The notes: generated by a model not told the origin, from the sequence alone. Shown: positions 40,397 through 50,609, counted from the stretch's first letter. The stretch is DNA of 64,000 bases from Microgenomates group bacterium Gr01-1014_16 (GCA_007376345.1 VMGA01000001.1:61747-125746), one strand, 5' to 3'. Program-made: numbers and translations.

Positions 40397-41998
40397 TTAG
40401 TTTGAGACTATTTTAAAGGCTGGGGAGCCGGAAGGGAAATAAATGGTTTTGACGATGTTGACGCCAACGGCTGGGATGTCCTCGGGAGCGGCGACTATGA
40501 GAGTCGAATGGATGTCGCGTACTTTTTCCCAGGGACTGGATTCAAAATGGTATTTGCTGAAATCCCTCACTGTTGAAAAGTTGAATTTATCACGGAATGT
40601 CAGCTGGTGGCGGCCTTGAAACAGTTGGGGAGGATACTTGAGATAGAAGAGAAAGAGAATATAAGGCTGGTCGTATTTGTCGGTAACCCAGATTTTGTCG
40701 TACCGACTTTCATTAGATTGAACGTAAGAAACCAGGTCTTCAAACCCGTATTCCCAGGCGGCCGGGTAGGTTTGGGGGTAGTGGACGTAATACTGATGGA
40801 GATATCTGAATGTCTGCCAGGAATACACAATGACCAATCCGCAAATCCCAATGAGTTTCCAATGTTTCAAGAACCAATACATACCGGCGGATATGACAAT
40901 GGTCATGGGGATAACAATATTTTGGGCGCGGAGGGCGTGGGGGGTTTGGAATGTTAATGCTGAAGCCATTGGAGCGATAAATAACCACAACCAGATAATG
41001 CGAGATTTGAAGAATGAATTATGAATAATGAATAATGCACCGAGGGCGAGAAAGATAAAATCAGTCAAGTAGAATAGTCCGGTTTCGGGGACGCGGTTGC
41101 GTTCGATGAGATCGCCGTTAATGAACAAGAAGTTGCCGTCAAAGTGACTGAGATAGTTTTGTATAAACTGAATGGAGTAAATGACCGGTCGATTGTGGAG
41201 AATTCTCGACAGGGGTGAATTCCAATCGACATGCTGACCGCGAAGTTGTTCAACCCGATGCCAGGGTCCTTCGTCGGCCAGAAAACCGACGCCGGAGAAA
41301 CGGGAAACCGAGTCAGTAGTCAGTAGTGAGTAGGCAATAGGCAATAGTAAGAGAGTTGAGATAGAGATAGAGATTAAAAGCTGTTTTGGATATTTAATAA
41401 AAGTTTTGAAGTAGAGAATAAACAGACCCAGGCCAAGGAGGGGGGCGATGACGCGGGTGGACTGGTAGAAATACATTGATAACGAAAAATTCAAGATACA
41501 AGATACAAGATACAGTGATTTTTTAGATTTCAACCATTTGACGAAAAAGACTACGCCGAGCAGGAGAAGGGTGGTGGAAATGTTGACTTCCCAGGCGCCG
41601 CGGGAAAAATGCAAGTGCCATGGTGACGCTGCGAGCAGCATCGCAGTTATCAGTGCACAGTTTTCAGTTATCAGTTCCCTGACTAAAAGATAAACTAAAT
41701 ATACAGCCAAAACACCAAATAAAGCCGACGGAAGGCGGACGGCGAATTCATTGAGTCCGAAGATTTTTACAACCGGAATCAGTAAATAACTATAGCCGGA
41801 GGGTTTGAAGTCACCGAAGGATTCGAGGTTGACCGGTAAGACGTGTCCGTGTTCGTCCTTGCCGGTTAAAAGTAAAGAATAAGCGTTGTAGCCAAGGGCG
41901 GCTTCATCGGCGTTTAAGCCAGCCGGAAAGGAGGATATTTTATAGAGGCGTAAAACGGCAGCTAACACTAAAATGGCGATGAGCAAGTATTTTTTCAT
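40397..41998 (-). CDS. GT-C glycosyltransferase, PMT/ArnT (GT39/83-like)
   Basis: ADEAALGYNAYSLL.TGKDE.G..LP..ESFGDFKP, FGLNEFAVRLPSA, SPWH..FSR; many TM segments. Confidence 0.88.
   Translation of the reverse strand: MKKYLLIAILVLAAVLRLYKISSFPAGLNADEAALGYNAYSLLLTGKDEHGHVLPVNLESFGDFKPSGYSYLLIPVVKIFGLNEFAVRLPSALFGVLAVYLVYLLVRELITENCALITAMLLAASPWHLHFSRGAWEVNISTTLLLLGVVFFVKWLKSKKSLYLVSCILNFSLSMYFYQSTRVIAPLLGLGLFILYFKTFIKYPKQLLISISISTLLLLPIAYSLLTTDSVSRFSGVGFLADEGPWHRVEQLRGQHVDWNSPLSRILHNRPVIYSIQFIQNYLSHFDGNFLFINGDLIERNRVPETGLFYLTDFIFLALGALFIIHNSFFKSRIIWLWLFIAPMASALTFQTPHALRAQNIVIPMTIVISAGMYWFLKHWKLIGICGLVIVYSWQTFRYLHQYYVHYPQTYPAAWEYGFEDLVSYVQSNESRYDKIWVTDKYDQPYILFLFYLKYPPQLFQGRHQLTFRDKFNFSTVRDFSKYHFESSPWEKVRDIHSTLIVAAPEDIPAVGVNIVKTIYFPSGSPAFKIVSN
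40828..41678. repeat. Five in-frame heptamer-period tracts within one GT-C gene
   Basis: 40828-40866 (CAAtgac-like), 41007-41037 (ATGAATA), 41311-41350 (AGTCAGT/AGGCAAT), 41492-41514 (CAAGATA x3), 41644-41678 (CAGTTAT-like x5). Confidence 0.75.
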
Positions 41999-43548
41999 TT
42001 CAGTCCCACAATCCGTAACGCCGGTAACCCGTTGGGATATTCGATTTCGCCCAGGCGGACCAAGTTGGGAGGATTCATGTCCTGCTGGGGCAGTTCATAC
42101 TGGTCGCCTACAAAAATCGTGGAGGTGTCCCCTCTCTGGGCCGGCCAGTCAACGCGCATAAATGTGTATTTGTCCAGATTTGTAACCTCGCCGACGTCCC
42201 CGACCGGATTATCAGCACGTTGGGAGCGCGTCCAGAAAAAACCCGGGTCTAACCGGTTGTAAAACAGGATGAAAATATACGGCTGGCCCAGGGTATTGGT
42301 AAAAACAACACGTTTAAAACTGTCGACATTGTTGTTTACCAGCTCAATTACACGCTTGTAAGGAGTTAGCCAATATTGGGAAAAATAAAATGGCGAGTGG
42401 ACAAAGTAGAGATCCGAAAAGTAAACTGTAAACAGTAACAGTAACAGGAAAAATGGATACCGGATAAGTTTAAATTTAAATATTTTACTTAAACCCATTC
42501 CTGAAATAATGACTAAAGGAACGATCATGGGGAGGGAGCGGACACCGGAAATAATGTCGCGGGAAAGTGCGGCGGGAATGGGGGCGAGTAGAAGCCATAC
42601 GAGTAAGATCTTAGATGCTGGATTTTTAGATCTTAGAAGATAATATAGACCGATAAGTAAGGTCAGAATTTCCGGATAGTGGAGATAGCCGTAAAAGGGA
42701 GTAGAATGGCGGGGATTTGACCAGTCTCCATCGATGAACAAAAATCTTGGTGAAAAGTGGTTTAAATATCTTTCGATTATTCCTCGTGTTTGGTCTAGAA
42801 ACTCGGAATGAAACAGTTGATAAATGAGGCGATTGTTCTCGTCCTGACGCAGGATTTTGTTAATTTGTCCAGCAGATCGAACATAACTAAAGACGCTGAA
42901 GACTTTGAGACGGCCGGATTGAGAACCAATGCCAACTATAATGGGTAGTAACAGTAACAACAACAGTAAACCGGGGAAAATAATTTTTTTAATGGCAGGT
43001 CTATAAATTACTAACAAACTGATGAGCAACATTGGGGTGAACATTTTTGCTCCCTGATAGGCCCAGAAAGTAAGACACAAAAAAAGTGCAGAAGTTAAAT
43101 ATTTTTTTTTGATAAATAAAACGACAGCCAAGGTGGTGAGAAGTAAATTTAGGTTTGCCTCCCATGCTCCACGACTAAAATGAATTGCCCAGGGATTAAT
43201 GGCTAAAAGAAAAGGCGCAAAAAGATTTCTTGTTAACAGGTAAACGACCGTTATTAATAACGTCCCAAGTATTGCCGAGGGGAGGCGGGTGGCGAATTCG
43301 TTGAGACCAAGAAGTTTGATTACCGGAACCGCGGAATAGATGTATAGGCCGGGTTTGTAATCACCGAAAGATTTGAAAACAATTGGCAAAACTTGGGCGT
43401 GTTCATCCCGGCCGGTTTTAAGAAGTGAGAAGGCATTATACCCAAGCGCCGCTTCATCCCAGGTAAGTCCCAACGGCCTGACATCCAGTTTATATACACG
43501 CAAAACAAAACCTATCAAAACAATCGCTAATAATAATATCTTTTTCAC
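41995..43548 (-). CDS. GT-C glycosyltransferase, PMT/ArnT-like (paralog)
   Basis: WDEAALGYNAFSLLKTGRDE...SFGDYKP, GLNEFATRLPSA motifs. Confidence 0.88.
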   Translation of the reverse strand: MKKILLLAIVLIGFVLRVYKLDVRPLGLTWDEAALGYNAFSLLKTGRDEHAQVLPIVFKSFGDYKPGLYIYSAVPVIKLLGLNEFATRLPSAILGTLLITVVYLLTRNLFAPFLLAINPWAIHFSRGAWEANLNLLLTTLAVVLFIKKKYLTSALFLCLTFWAYQGAKMFTPMLLISLLVIYRPAIKKIIFPGLLLLLLLLPIIVGIGSQSGRLKVFSVFSYVRSAGQINKILRQDENNRLIYQLFHSEFLDQTRGIIERYLNHFSPRFLFIDGDWSNPRHSTPFYGYLHYPEILTLLIGLYYLLRSKNPASKILLVWLLLAPIPAALSRDIISGVRSLPMIVPLVIISGMGLSKIFKFKLIRYPFFLLLLLFTVYFSDLYFVHSPFYFSQYWLTPYKRVIELVNNNVDSFKRVVFTNTLGQPYIFILFYNRLDPGFFWTRSQRADNPVGDVGEVTNLDKYTFMRVDWPAQRGDTSTIFVGDQYELPQQDMNPPNLVRLGEIEYPNGLPALRIVGLK

Positions 43549-45065
43549 AGTTCTTTAATATAAAACGCAGGTTTGGAGTCGAGGAAGTTGATTTGGGTAA
43601 GTAATGTCCCGGGTGAGGGATTGTCGGGGCTGGAGATGACTAAGTATTTTTGACCGGGGAGCAATGCGGCGATGACAATAGGCATTTCCCAATCATTAAC
43701 AAACTTTATTTTTTCTAATCGGTTAACCCAGTACCAGTCGGCGTGATAATCCCAGCGTTTTGATTTTTGAAAATCGGCCGGGTCCCAAGGCCAATAAAAG
43801 GCGATGAATTCGTGTGGTTCGGCATAGCGTTTGGTAAAAATAATCTCATCGTATTTCGAGTAGTTGTCCATAACATATTTGACCGTTTCTTTGTAGCCGT
43901 ACTGCCAGGACCAGGAGTAGTTTGTTCGGTAATTAAAAGCGACTGGATTTAGATAATAGTCTAAACTTAATAATAAAAGCAGAATAAATATTATTCTTGT
44001 GTTCTTGAGAACTTGAGAACAGCGGTTCAGACCGTAGGCGGTAATAAGAATGACGGCAGGAAGCATTGTAATTGCGCGAAGGGTGTGGGGAGCGTCACGG
44101 GTTAAGCTACCCGCAATTGGAGCGAGTATCAGCCAAAGAAGAATCACTTTGTGTTTAAATATTTTAAGAAACCCTATGTAGAAAAACGGGAGACAAATAA
44201 GATAAAGAAGGCCGAAGCCGGGGATGTTGAACTGGTATTGGGAACCCCCGTTTATAAATAAAAACCGGGGATTAAAGTGATTGAGATAATTGGTTGTGAA
44301 GCGATAGGCCAAATAGGTGGCTTTGTTGTAGACAAAGCGGCCGCCGGGACGTTGACGCAGTTGGTTGATTTGGGCGATGGCTCCCTCGTCCAATAAGGTT
44401 AACCATTTATATCTGGCTTGGCCGGAAGGCGAGAGAAGCTGTATCAGAACCGGAATAAATAGAATAAAGAATAAAGAATAAAGAATAATGTTGGTTTTTG
44501 TGCGATATATTAAAAAATAAGCCACAATAAATAACGGTGCAAAAATACGGAACGAATTATATGTCCAGGCGGAAAGCAAAACATAAATTATTCCCAGCGA
44601 TAATTTGCGATATAGAAGAAGCGTGACGCCAAGAGTGAACAAAAATATCCCCAGGTTGGCTTCGACAGCGACACGGGACAGAAATAAAGACCAGGGGGAA
44701 ATTGCAGCCAAGAGTGCGGATGTTAGCGGCGGAGCGGAAAGTTTCCGGGAAAGCGCGTAAACTAAAAATATTAGAAGGGTTCCGGCCATAATTGAAGGAA
44801 AGCGGACGGATAACGCGTTTAGGCCGAGGACGGCCACGAAAGGAACGTCGGCATAAATATAGCCCGGGAGCTTGAAGTCGCCGAAGGCGCGAAAAATGGC
44901 CGGAAGCACTGTCCCCCACTCGTCCCGGCCGGTTTTAAGAAGCGAATAGGCGTTGTAGCCCAAAGAGACTTCGTCCCAATTCAGGCTGGGGGGGAAATCG
45001 GTAATAAAAGCCGCTCTTAAGGCAAATCCGAATAATATTATGAGGAACAAATATTTAAGATTCAT
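43545..45065 (-). CDS. GT-C glycosyltransferase, PMT/ArnT-like (paralog)
   Basis: WDEVSLGYNAYSLLKTGRDEWG...AFGDFKLP, SPWSLFLSR motifs. Confidence 0.88.
   Translation of the reverse strand: MNLKYLFLIILFGFALRAAFITDFPPSLNWDEVSLGYNAYSLLKTGRDEWGTVLPAIFRAFGDFKLPGYIYADVPFVAVLGLNALSVRFPSIMAGTLLIFLVYALSRKLSAPPLTSALLAAISPWSLFLSRVAVEANLGIFLFTLGVTLLLYRKLSLGIIYVLLSAWTYNSFRIFAPLFIVAYFLIYRTKTNIILYSLFFILFIPVLIQLLSPSGQARYKWLTLLDEGAIAQINQLRQRPGGRFVYNKATYLAYRFTTNYLNHFNPRFLFINGGSQYQFNIPGFGLLYLICLPFFYIGFLKIFKHKVILLWLILAPIAGSLTRDAPHTLRAITMLPAVILITAYGLNRCSQVLKNTRIIFILLLLLSLDYYLNPVAFNYRTNYSWSWQYGYKETVKYVMDNYSKYDEIIFTKRYAEPHEFIAFYWPWDPADFQKSKRWDYHADWYWVNRLEKIKFVNDWEMPIVIAALLPGQKYLVISSPDNPSPGTLLTQINFLDSKPAFYIKEL
44461..44488. 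repeat. In-frame heptamer tract (AGAATAA)x4
   Basis: Read directly; encodes ILYSLFFILF. Confidence 0.85.
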
Positions 45066-46560
45066 AGCGCAGCCTAAATAAGATCCAACTGATAACGCCC
45101 AATAAAGTTATTCCTGACGTGATGTTGCCTAGCGTGCGGACAAAAGTATCTTTGAAAATCAGTTCGATAGTATGCTCACCCGGGGTGGTGTTAAGGGTGA
45201 TTAAACCCAATGGTCCACTGGGAAACACAGCAGTTTCTATGCCATCGACAAGGCTGGTCCAGCCCGGAAAGTAAACAATCGGGTATGTGGTTGAACCGTC
45301 CTCATTGCGAACGGGTTGATTAGGAGCAAAGTCTGCAGGTAACTGGGGGGCAGTTTTGGGCCAGTAGTCAGAGAGGGCGGAGGAACGCTGTTCGTCCCAT
45401 AATTTGCCAGAGAAGTATTGATTGTCGTTGAGATTCAACCAGATATCGGGTTTGAAAAAACCGATATTGATTATGATTAGTAGTAAAACGACTGGGATTT
45501 GAATATTTTTGGTAAAGACGGTAATTGCACCAGCTGATAATGATAAAAATAATGTTGACATGGAGAGGAAGCGCCAGGGGAATTGGACAAAGGGCAAGCC
45601 GAGGATGGTTTTCCAAAAAATCTCGGATTTACCGTGAGTTAAGAATAAAGCAATAAAGCCAAGAGCGATAAAAAAAAGTAAAGGGGTTCTTCGGCTGCGC
45701 CTCAGAATGACAACGACAGCAAGAATAATAGCGACTATCCAATGTAAATGTCCGGCGGAGAAACTCATGGTGTCGTTGGGACCCCAGGTGGAGCCGCCGT
45801 AACCCCAGAAATTTGAAATGAATAATTGCCTAAGAGTTGTCCAGTGAAGACTATAGTTATAATAATCGGCGGTGATCTGGTTGAGAGAAACTAACTTGCT
45901 TTCGAAAATTACGGGTAAGAGATAAAAAGATCCCAAAATGAGAGATAGCAATCCGGCTGGGATAAATTTCCAATCGCGACTACGAACAAACCACCAAAAG
46001 CCCAAAAATGGCATAAACATAAATAAGGATAAGTTGTGGGTGATGAGTAGTGCGGCTAAGAGCAAAGAAAATATGATGTATTTCTTTTTTTCGATAGATA
46101 ATAAAATGAGCGGGAAGAAGATAAAGGCCAGGGCTTCGGGCAGGGCTCCCCTCACCCAGACATCGACTGCCCGGTAAGGCGCGTAAACGTAAAACAGGGC
46201 ACTAACAAACGCGCCTTTTTCTCCCCAAAACTGTTTGGATAAAAAATACATTGAGATCCCGGAGAGGACTAATGAGAGGATGAAGACGGATTTGACGCTG
46301 GTCAGAACTGAAAAACCGGAAAGCCGGAATATTGTTCCAAGCCAGTAGGGAAACTGGCCGTAGAAATTAAATAGCGGTTCGCCATAGCCTATACCGGCGT
46401 CGGGGGCCCAACGGCAAGGTAAAACTTTTGCGGCTACGCATTTATCGAATTCAAATTGGCGAAAGACATGAAAATCGTGCATGGTATATATCCCCGGCCG
46501 GAGCATAAGTGCAAATGCCGGAATGATTAGAAGAATTAAGAGGAGGATTTTTTTGGCCAT
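45055..46560 (-). CDS. Polytopic membrane protein of the PTPS-related/YfhO GT-C-like family
   Basis: MHD..H..R, RWAPD.G.GYGEPLFNFY, APYR..D..VRGALPE, QFPWRFL motifs. Confidence 0.8.
   Translation of the reverse strand: MAKKILLLILLIIPAFALMLRPGIYTMHDFHVFRQFEFDKCVAAKVLPCRWAPDAGIGYGEPLFNFYGQFPYWLGTIFRLSGFSVLTSVKSVFILSLVLSGISMYFLSKQFWGEKGAFVSALFYVYAPYRAVDVWVRGALPEALAFIFFPLILLSIEKKKYIIFSLLLAALLITHNLSLFMFMPFLGFWWFVRSRDWKFIPAGLLSLILGSFYLLPVIFESKLVSLNQITADYYNYSLHWTTLRQLFISNFWGYGGSTWGPNDTMSFSAGHLHWIVAIILAVVVILRRSRRTPLLFFIALGFIALFLTHGKSEIFWKTILGLPFVQFPWRFLSMSTLFLSLSAGAITVFTKNIQIPVVLLLIIINIGFFKPDIWLNLNDNQYFSGKLWDEQRSSALSDYWPKTAPQLPADFAPNQPVRNEDGSTTYPIVYFPGWTSLVDGIETAVFPSGPLGLITLNTTPGEHTIELIFKDTFVRTLGNITSGITLLGVISWILFRLRYES
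45684..45711 (-). repeat. REP-like short element GTCATTCTGAGGCGCAGCCGAAGAACCC inside a CDS
   Basis: Internal stem TTCT...AGAA around a GC-rich core; encodes VILRRSRRT between two TM helices. Resembles a GTCATTCTGAG...GAAGAAT repeat type I recognise; single copy here. Confidence 0.45.
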
Positions 46561-47768
46561 AGTTTTACCCAAGTAAATAAGTTAATAACGCTTAATGTTT
46601 TGGTGAGCAGCGGAGTGTAGAGGGAAATGAAAAAGAGCATGGTGGGGGCGAACCACATATTGTATTGGTTGGCTAAGAAAGTGAAGGATAGAACCACGTA
46701 CTGGACCCAGATTTTGCGGCCGGTGACAAGTAGCCAAGATAGTAGAGGGAAGAGCGGGTACATGTATCGCTCGTGCATGCGGATGGAAAAAAGAAAAAAG
46801 CCAAAATAAACAATGAGCATTTGGTTGACCAGGTTTTGTTCGGATGGATTTTTCCAAATAGATCGAAGACAAACTATAAATAATAATATGACTAGAATAA
46901 TTGAAACTATATTGGCCGGAATGCCCAAAAATAGCGATGTGTCAGGCACCTGATCGATTGGGAAAAAGATGTGCCAGAAATTGAAAGCGTTGACGGTGAT
47001 AAATGGCGATTCGCCCGGTAAAATCCGCTCAAAATATAATCTGGTCAACCAGATAGGGAGATCTAACCGGGGATGGAACGGGGCAAACCAAAGCAGTGAT
47101 GAAATTCCGACGGAGAGGGGAAAGAGCCAGAAGTTTTTGGGGAATTTGCGAATTGCGTATATTAGAAAAACTATGAGGGCAGGAGACCAGGAAGCCTTAG
47201 TGATTAAAGAGGTTCCAAGTAACACGCCAGAAAGAATGAGCCGTTTTTCGAATAGAAAAATCAGGCTCCAAATGGCTAGCGCAGCCACTATACAATCGTT
47301 TTGACCCCAGAGAGAAGAGTTGTACCATAACGGAGGATTTAGTAAGTAAGCCAAGCCAACGATTTTTGATAATTTGGTGAATTTACCGATTCTCAAGATG
47401 GCAAAAAAGAGAGCCAGATCGCCAATGACTGAAGGCAGTTTGAGACTGACCACGTCGCCCCATCTTTGCCACCACCAAACTACAGATGAGGGAAAAAATG
47501 GGATTTTGAGATTTAGTTGCCAGAAGGCTTTATTGCCAAAGTCGTTGAGAAGATATGAAAAAGTGTAAAGATAGACGCTGCCGGCAGGTTGGTTGGGACG
47601 GCTCTGCGGCCAAAAAACGGATCTGGGTAATTCATAAAAATCCACAATACCGTGTTTGACGGCATTGCCAGCCCAGTTCCAGCCATTGTGTAAGTCACCA
47701 TGTTTGGTGTACGTCGTCACCCATAATCTAAAAATTACTAATAGAACTATTAAAATTTTATATTTCAT
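46536..47768 (-). CDS. GT-C glycosyltransferase (GT87/ALG6-like)
   Basis: HGD, PNQP, KLPS..GD, LNP..WYNS..WGQND, NAFNFW, MHERY motifs. Confidence 0.78.
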   Translation of the reverse strand: MKYKILIVLLVIFRLWVTTYTKHGDLHNGWNWAGNAVKHGIVDFYELPRSVFWPQSRPNQPAGSVYLYTFSYLLNDFGNKAFWQLNLKIPFFPSSVVWWWQRWGDVVSLKLPSVIGDLALFFAILRIGKFTKLSKIVGLAYLLNPPLWYNSSLWGQNDCIVAALAIWSLIFLFEKRLILSGVLLGTSLITKASWSPALIVFLIYAIRKFPKNFWLFPLSVGISSLLWFAPFHPRLDLPIWLTRLYFERILPGESPFITVNAFNFWHIFFPIDQVPDTSLFLGIPANIVSIILVILLFIVCLRSIWKNPSEQNLVNQMLIVYFGFFLFSIRMHERYMYPLFPLLSWLLVTGRKIWVQYVVLSFTFLANQYNMWFAPTMLFFISLYTPLLTKTLSVINLFTWVKLWPKKSSS

Positions 47769-48696
47769 TAGTATGAGATTTCATAAATATTTCAAGTTCT
47801 TTTCTTGTAGGCGATGAACGGCTACCTTGTTTGGTACAAGCTATAGCTCCGGCAGCAGACGCCTTTCTAATTATCGAATGAATAGGCCGATTCAGAGCGA
47901 CCTCGTGAGCAAAATACCCACAGAACGAGTCTCCGGCTCCCGTTTCATCCACTTCGTCCACTGGGAAAGATGAATATGATTTTGTTCCACTATCTGAAGC
48001 TACAACGCATCCATCCCTGCCCAGTGTTATACAGGCTGTTCTTACTCCTCTTTTTTTGAAATAGTTTGTCAACTCATTAGAAGACATTGATTCTGAACCG
48101 GCAATGAACTGGGCCTCCCACATGTTGAGAACTAGGTAGTCAATTAAACTGTAAATTCTATCTGGTAGTTTTTCGGGTGGAGCTGGGTTGTAGATCGTAA
48201 TGACACTATTTTTTTTAGCCAATTCCAGTGCTTGCTCTATTGTTTCTAGTGACACTTCTGAGTTAATGAGCATGACTTGTGAATTTTTTATCTCATTTTC
48301 TCTTGATTTGATATTGTCAAATGATAGACGGATAGTAGAGTTTTTGATTCCGATAAATCCCGGACTTCCTGTGTGGTTGACAATTATTCCAACTAAATCT
48401 GTTGGTACGTTCTTATATCTGAAGATGCCGTCTGGACTGATGCCCTCGCTTGATATTTCTGAAATAATTCTGTCAGCGAACTCATCGGAACCAACAGAAG
48501 CGATTAAGTGAACGAATGCTCCTGAACGAGAAACTGCCGTTGCTTGATTTAGACCTTTACCACCTGGTGCGAGTTTGTAAGTAGTAGCCTGAACCGCCTC
48601 TCCAACTTTCGGCCACTGTTTCACGAAATAAGTCACGTCCATGGTTAGGCCACCGATGACTGTGATAGTTGGTTGAGCGTTTTGTGATGATGTCAT
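47758..48696 (-). CDS. PfkB family carbohydrate kinase (ribokinase-like)
   Basis: PGGKGLNQA, YNPAP, ITLGRDG, VDETGAGDSFCG motifs. Confidence 0.9.
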   Translation of the reverse strand: MTSSQNAQPTITVIGGLTMDVTYFVKQWPKVGEAVQATTYKLAPGGKGLNQATAVSRSGAFVHLIASVGSDEFADRIISEISSEGISPDGIFRYKNVPTDLVGIIVNHTGSPGFIGIKNSTIRLSFDNIKSRENEIKNSQVMLINSEVSLETIEQALELAKKNSVITIYNPAPPEKLPDRIYSLIDYLVLNMWEAQFIAGSESMSSNELTNYFKKRGVRTACITLGRDGCVVASDSGTKSYSSFPVDEVDETGAGDSFCGYFAHEVALNRPIHSIIRKASAAGAIACTKQGSRSSPTRKELEIFMKSHTNEI

Positions 48697-48703
48697 AAAT
48701 TAT

Positions 48704-48760
48704 TATTTCTAATACTAGGTAGTATTGTAATAATTACCATACTCTGTAGTATGGTAATTA
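48704..48760 (-). repeat. Two tandem 30-bp sites: type B at 48731-48760 (TAATTACCATAC-TACAGA-GTATGGTAATTA) and type A at 48704-48733 (TTATTACAATAC-TACCTA-GTATTAGAAATA)
   Basis: Site B starts with the TAA stop of 48758..49078. Site A ends 7 nt before ATG 48696. Confidence 0.9.
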
Positions 48761-49078
48761 CAGAACTTGGATTGTTCCTTTAGTACCATTGACTTCAATT
48801 TTAATCCCTGACTTAAGTAACTTGGTCGCATTTGGAACTCCGACGACGGCGGGAATGCCATACTCTCTGGCTACGATTGCAGCGTGGGACAGTTGGCCGC
48901 CTATTTCGGTTACAATCGCTTTAGCAGCCATAAAAATCGGTGTCCAGGCCGGAGATGTTTGTTTTGTAACGAGAATTTCTCCTGATTTAAACGCTTGGAG
49001 GTGATGTTGGTCGATGATGACTCTAGCTACGCCGGTAATCACTCCCACGGATCCTGGAATTCCTTTTATGATAATCAT
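48758..49078 (-). CDS. Stand-alone PEP-utilising enzyme mobile (phosphohistidine swivel) domain
   Basis: GEILVT..TSPAWTP, TEIGGQLSHAAIVAREYGIPAVVG, VNGTKG. Confidence 0.92.
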   Translation of the reverse strand: MIIIKGIPGSVGVITGVARVIIDQHHLQAFKSGEILVTKQTSPAWTPIFMAAKAIVTEIGGQLSHAAIVAREYGIPAVVGVPNATKLLKSGIKIEVNGTKGTIQVL

Positions 49079-50169
49079 GCTTCGATACTAAATTGGGGCT
49101 CTATTAACAATTGTTTGTAATAAGTTTGTTTTCTTTCATTGATAATTTTTTGTAGTGATTCTTTGGAGAATTTGTTACTAACTACTTCTTCCAGTTCTTT
49201 CATAGTTATGTAGAATATATCGTTTTTGTCTTGTGGGAAGTTTGCTTTTAACTTAATTGAAAATAAAATTTTCCTCATAATGCTGTTCCCCTGATAATAA
49301 AATGGGCGGGAATTTCTGATCTGTGAGTAATTTTGAGCTTGATTTAAGATCCATTCAAATAGTCGGATGCGGAATCTTGCGTTTTGTTTCACAAACTTTT
49401 CTCTGTTTATTCTTTTTTCATTAGTTAGCATTAATTTTAGTTTGGGATTGAGAGTTTCCCGATACAATTTTAAATATGAATTCAACAACTCTGTTTCCTC
49501 TCCAAGAGTGGGGTATATCAAGTCTTTGTCTTGAATTCTATATCCGTATTTTTCGATCCATTTTCCAAGCTGTAATTGTTTTTTCTGTTCGTCACTTATT
49601 TGGGCTACTTCCCATAATTGGGTGTCCATATCTATTCCTTTGTCAGGATATCCCAACAGGAGTTCACGATAGTTATTGTTGTCAGAGTCTTTTACAAATA
49701 GTGGATAACTGTATTTAAAGAGAAGTTCGGTGATGCCGCAAACGACTCCCACGTACAGCGACTCTGAAAAAAACCAGCTTTCTAATTCACCTGTCTTTTT
49801 GAAGAGCTCTAACAGTTTTTTTACCGAAAGTTCATTTAAACTTAGTTTGTTTAACTTATTAATTTCTTTCTGATATTCCGGTAAAACTTTGGTTATCCAT
49901 CGTTTGCTGGAAATATCGATTTCGGTCTTAATTCTTTTGGGTAATTGCAGAGTCCCTAATTGTAAAAAAAGTTTCCAGTATTCGTCGCTGAAATAAAGAT
50001 AGCCGTCGATGATTGACCAATATTTATCCGGCAGTTTTAGTCCGAGCCTTTCTGATATTAAACTGCCTGATTTGTTAATCTGAAGAGGAAGAAGAAATGA
50101 TTCTTCCAGAGGAGAAATAGGCTTATGGAGCCATTCAAACTGATTAAAGAATTTTCTTGTCCATCTCAT
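49075..50169 (-). CDS. Helical protein resembling the central substrate-binding region of PEP-synthase/rifampin phosphotransferase-like enzymes
   Basis: IDGYLYFS, KYGYR...DLIYPT..E, DIFYITMKEL...INERK; coupled by ATGA to the swivel-domain ORF. Confidence 0.6.
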   Translation of the reverse strand: MRWTRKFFNQFEWLHKPISPLEESFLLPLQINKSGSLISERLGLKLPDKYWSIIDGYLYFSDEYWKLFLQLGTLQLPKRIKTEIDISSKRWITKVLPEYQKEINKLNKLSLNELSVKKLLELFKKTGELESWFFSESLYVGVVCGITELLFKYSYPLFVKDSDNNNYRELLLGYPDKGIDMDTQLWEVAQISDEQKKQLQLGKWIEKYGYRIQDKDLIYPTLGEETELLNSYLKLYRETLNPKLKLMLTNEKRINREKFVKQNARFRIRLFEWILNQAQNYSQIRNSRPFYYQGNSIMRKILFSIKLKANFPQDKNDIFYITMKELEEVVSNKFSKESLQKIINERKQTYYKQLLIEPQFSIEA

Positions 50170-50176
50170 AAATTTT

Positions 50177-50206
50177 TATTTCTCATACTCTGTAGTATGG
50201 TAGTTA
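50177..50206 (-). repeat. 30-bp site, type B (TAACTACCATAC-TACAGA-GTATGAGAAATA)
   Basis: Starts with the TAA stop of 50204..50608 and ends 7 nt before ATG 50169. Site plus spacer fills the whole intergenic gap. Confidence 0.9.
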
Positions 50207-50608
50207 AATTGAATTCCATATTTTTGTTAGTTCTTTTTTGGCAGTATTAAATTTAATGCACCATAAATAATAATAGGAAGAAAGATATTTGGCTCTTTTT
50301 TCGATTTCAAATTTTTCTCCGTGTATTTTTCTAACCTTCATTTCTGCTTTGATTGCTGCCAGTTCTTCATTTAGACGAAAAGTGTTCGAACACCAATAAT
50401 TGAGAGGGTATTTAATATTGCCGTATGAACTGGATCTCTTAATATGGGTTATTTCGTGTTCAAGTAGAGAAATTGTTATGGGTTTAGGATTCGGATTTTG
50501 AAAATCTTGATATATATCTCGGCGGAGATATATTTTTCCTAGAAAGGCGGATCCCCGGAACAAATTAAGAGGGCTCATGTGTACTTGTAATCCTTTGTAT
50601 GAATTCAT
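50204..50608 (-). CDS. Small HExxH putative zinc metalloprotein
   Basis: LLEHEITHIKR followed by FRLNEELAA (downstream Glu ligand). Confidence 0.65.
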   Translation of the reverse strand: MNSYKGLQVHMSPLNLFRGSAFLGKIYLRRDIYQDFQNPNPKPITISLLEHEITHIKRSSSYGNIKYPLNYWCSNTFRLNEELAAIKAEMKVRKIHGEKFEIEKRAKYLSSYYYLWCIKFNTAKKELTKIWNSI

Positions 50609-50609
50609 A

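Noticed and set aside
48704-48760. The 30-bp repeats as a CRISPR array
   Set aside because: Copies are separated by whole genes or abut directly, there are no 30-40 bp unique spacers, and no cas genes are present.
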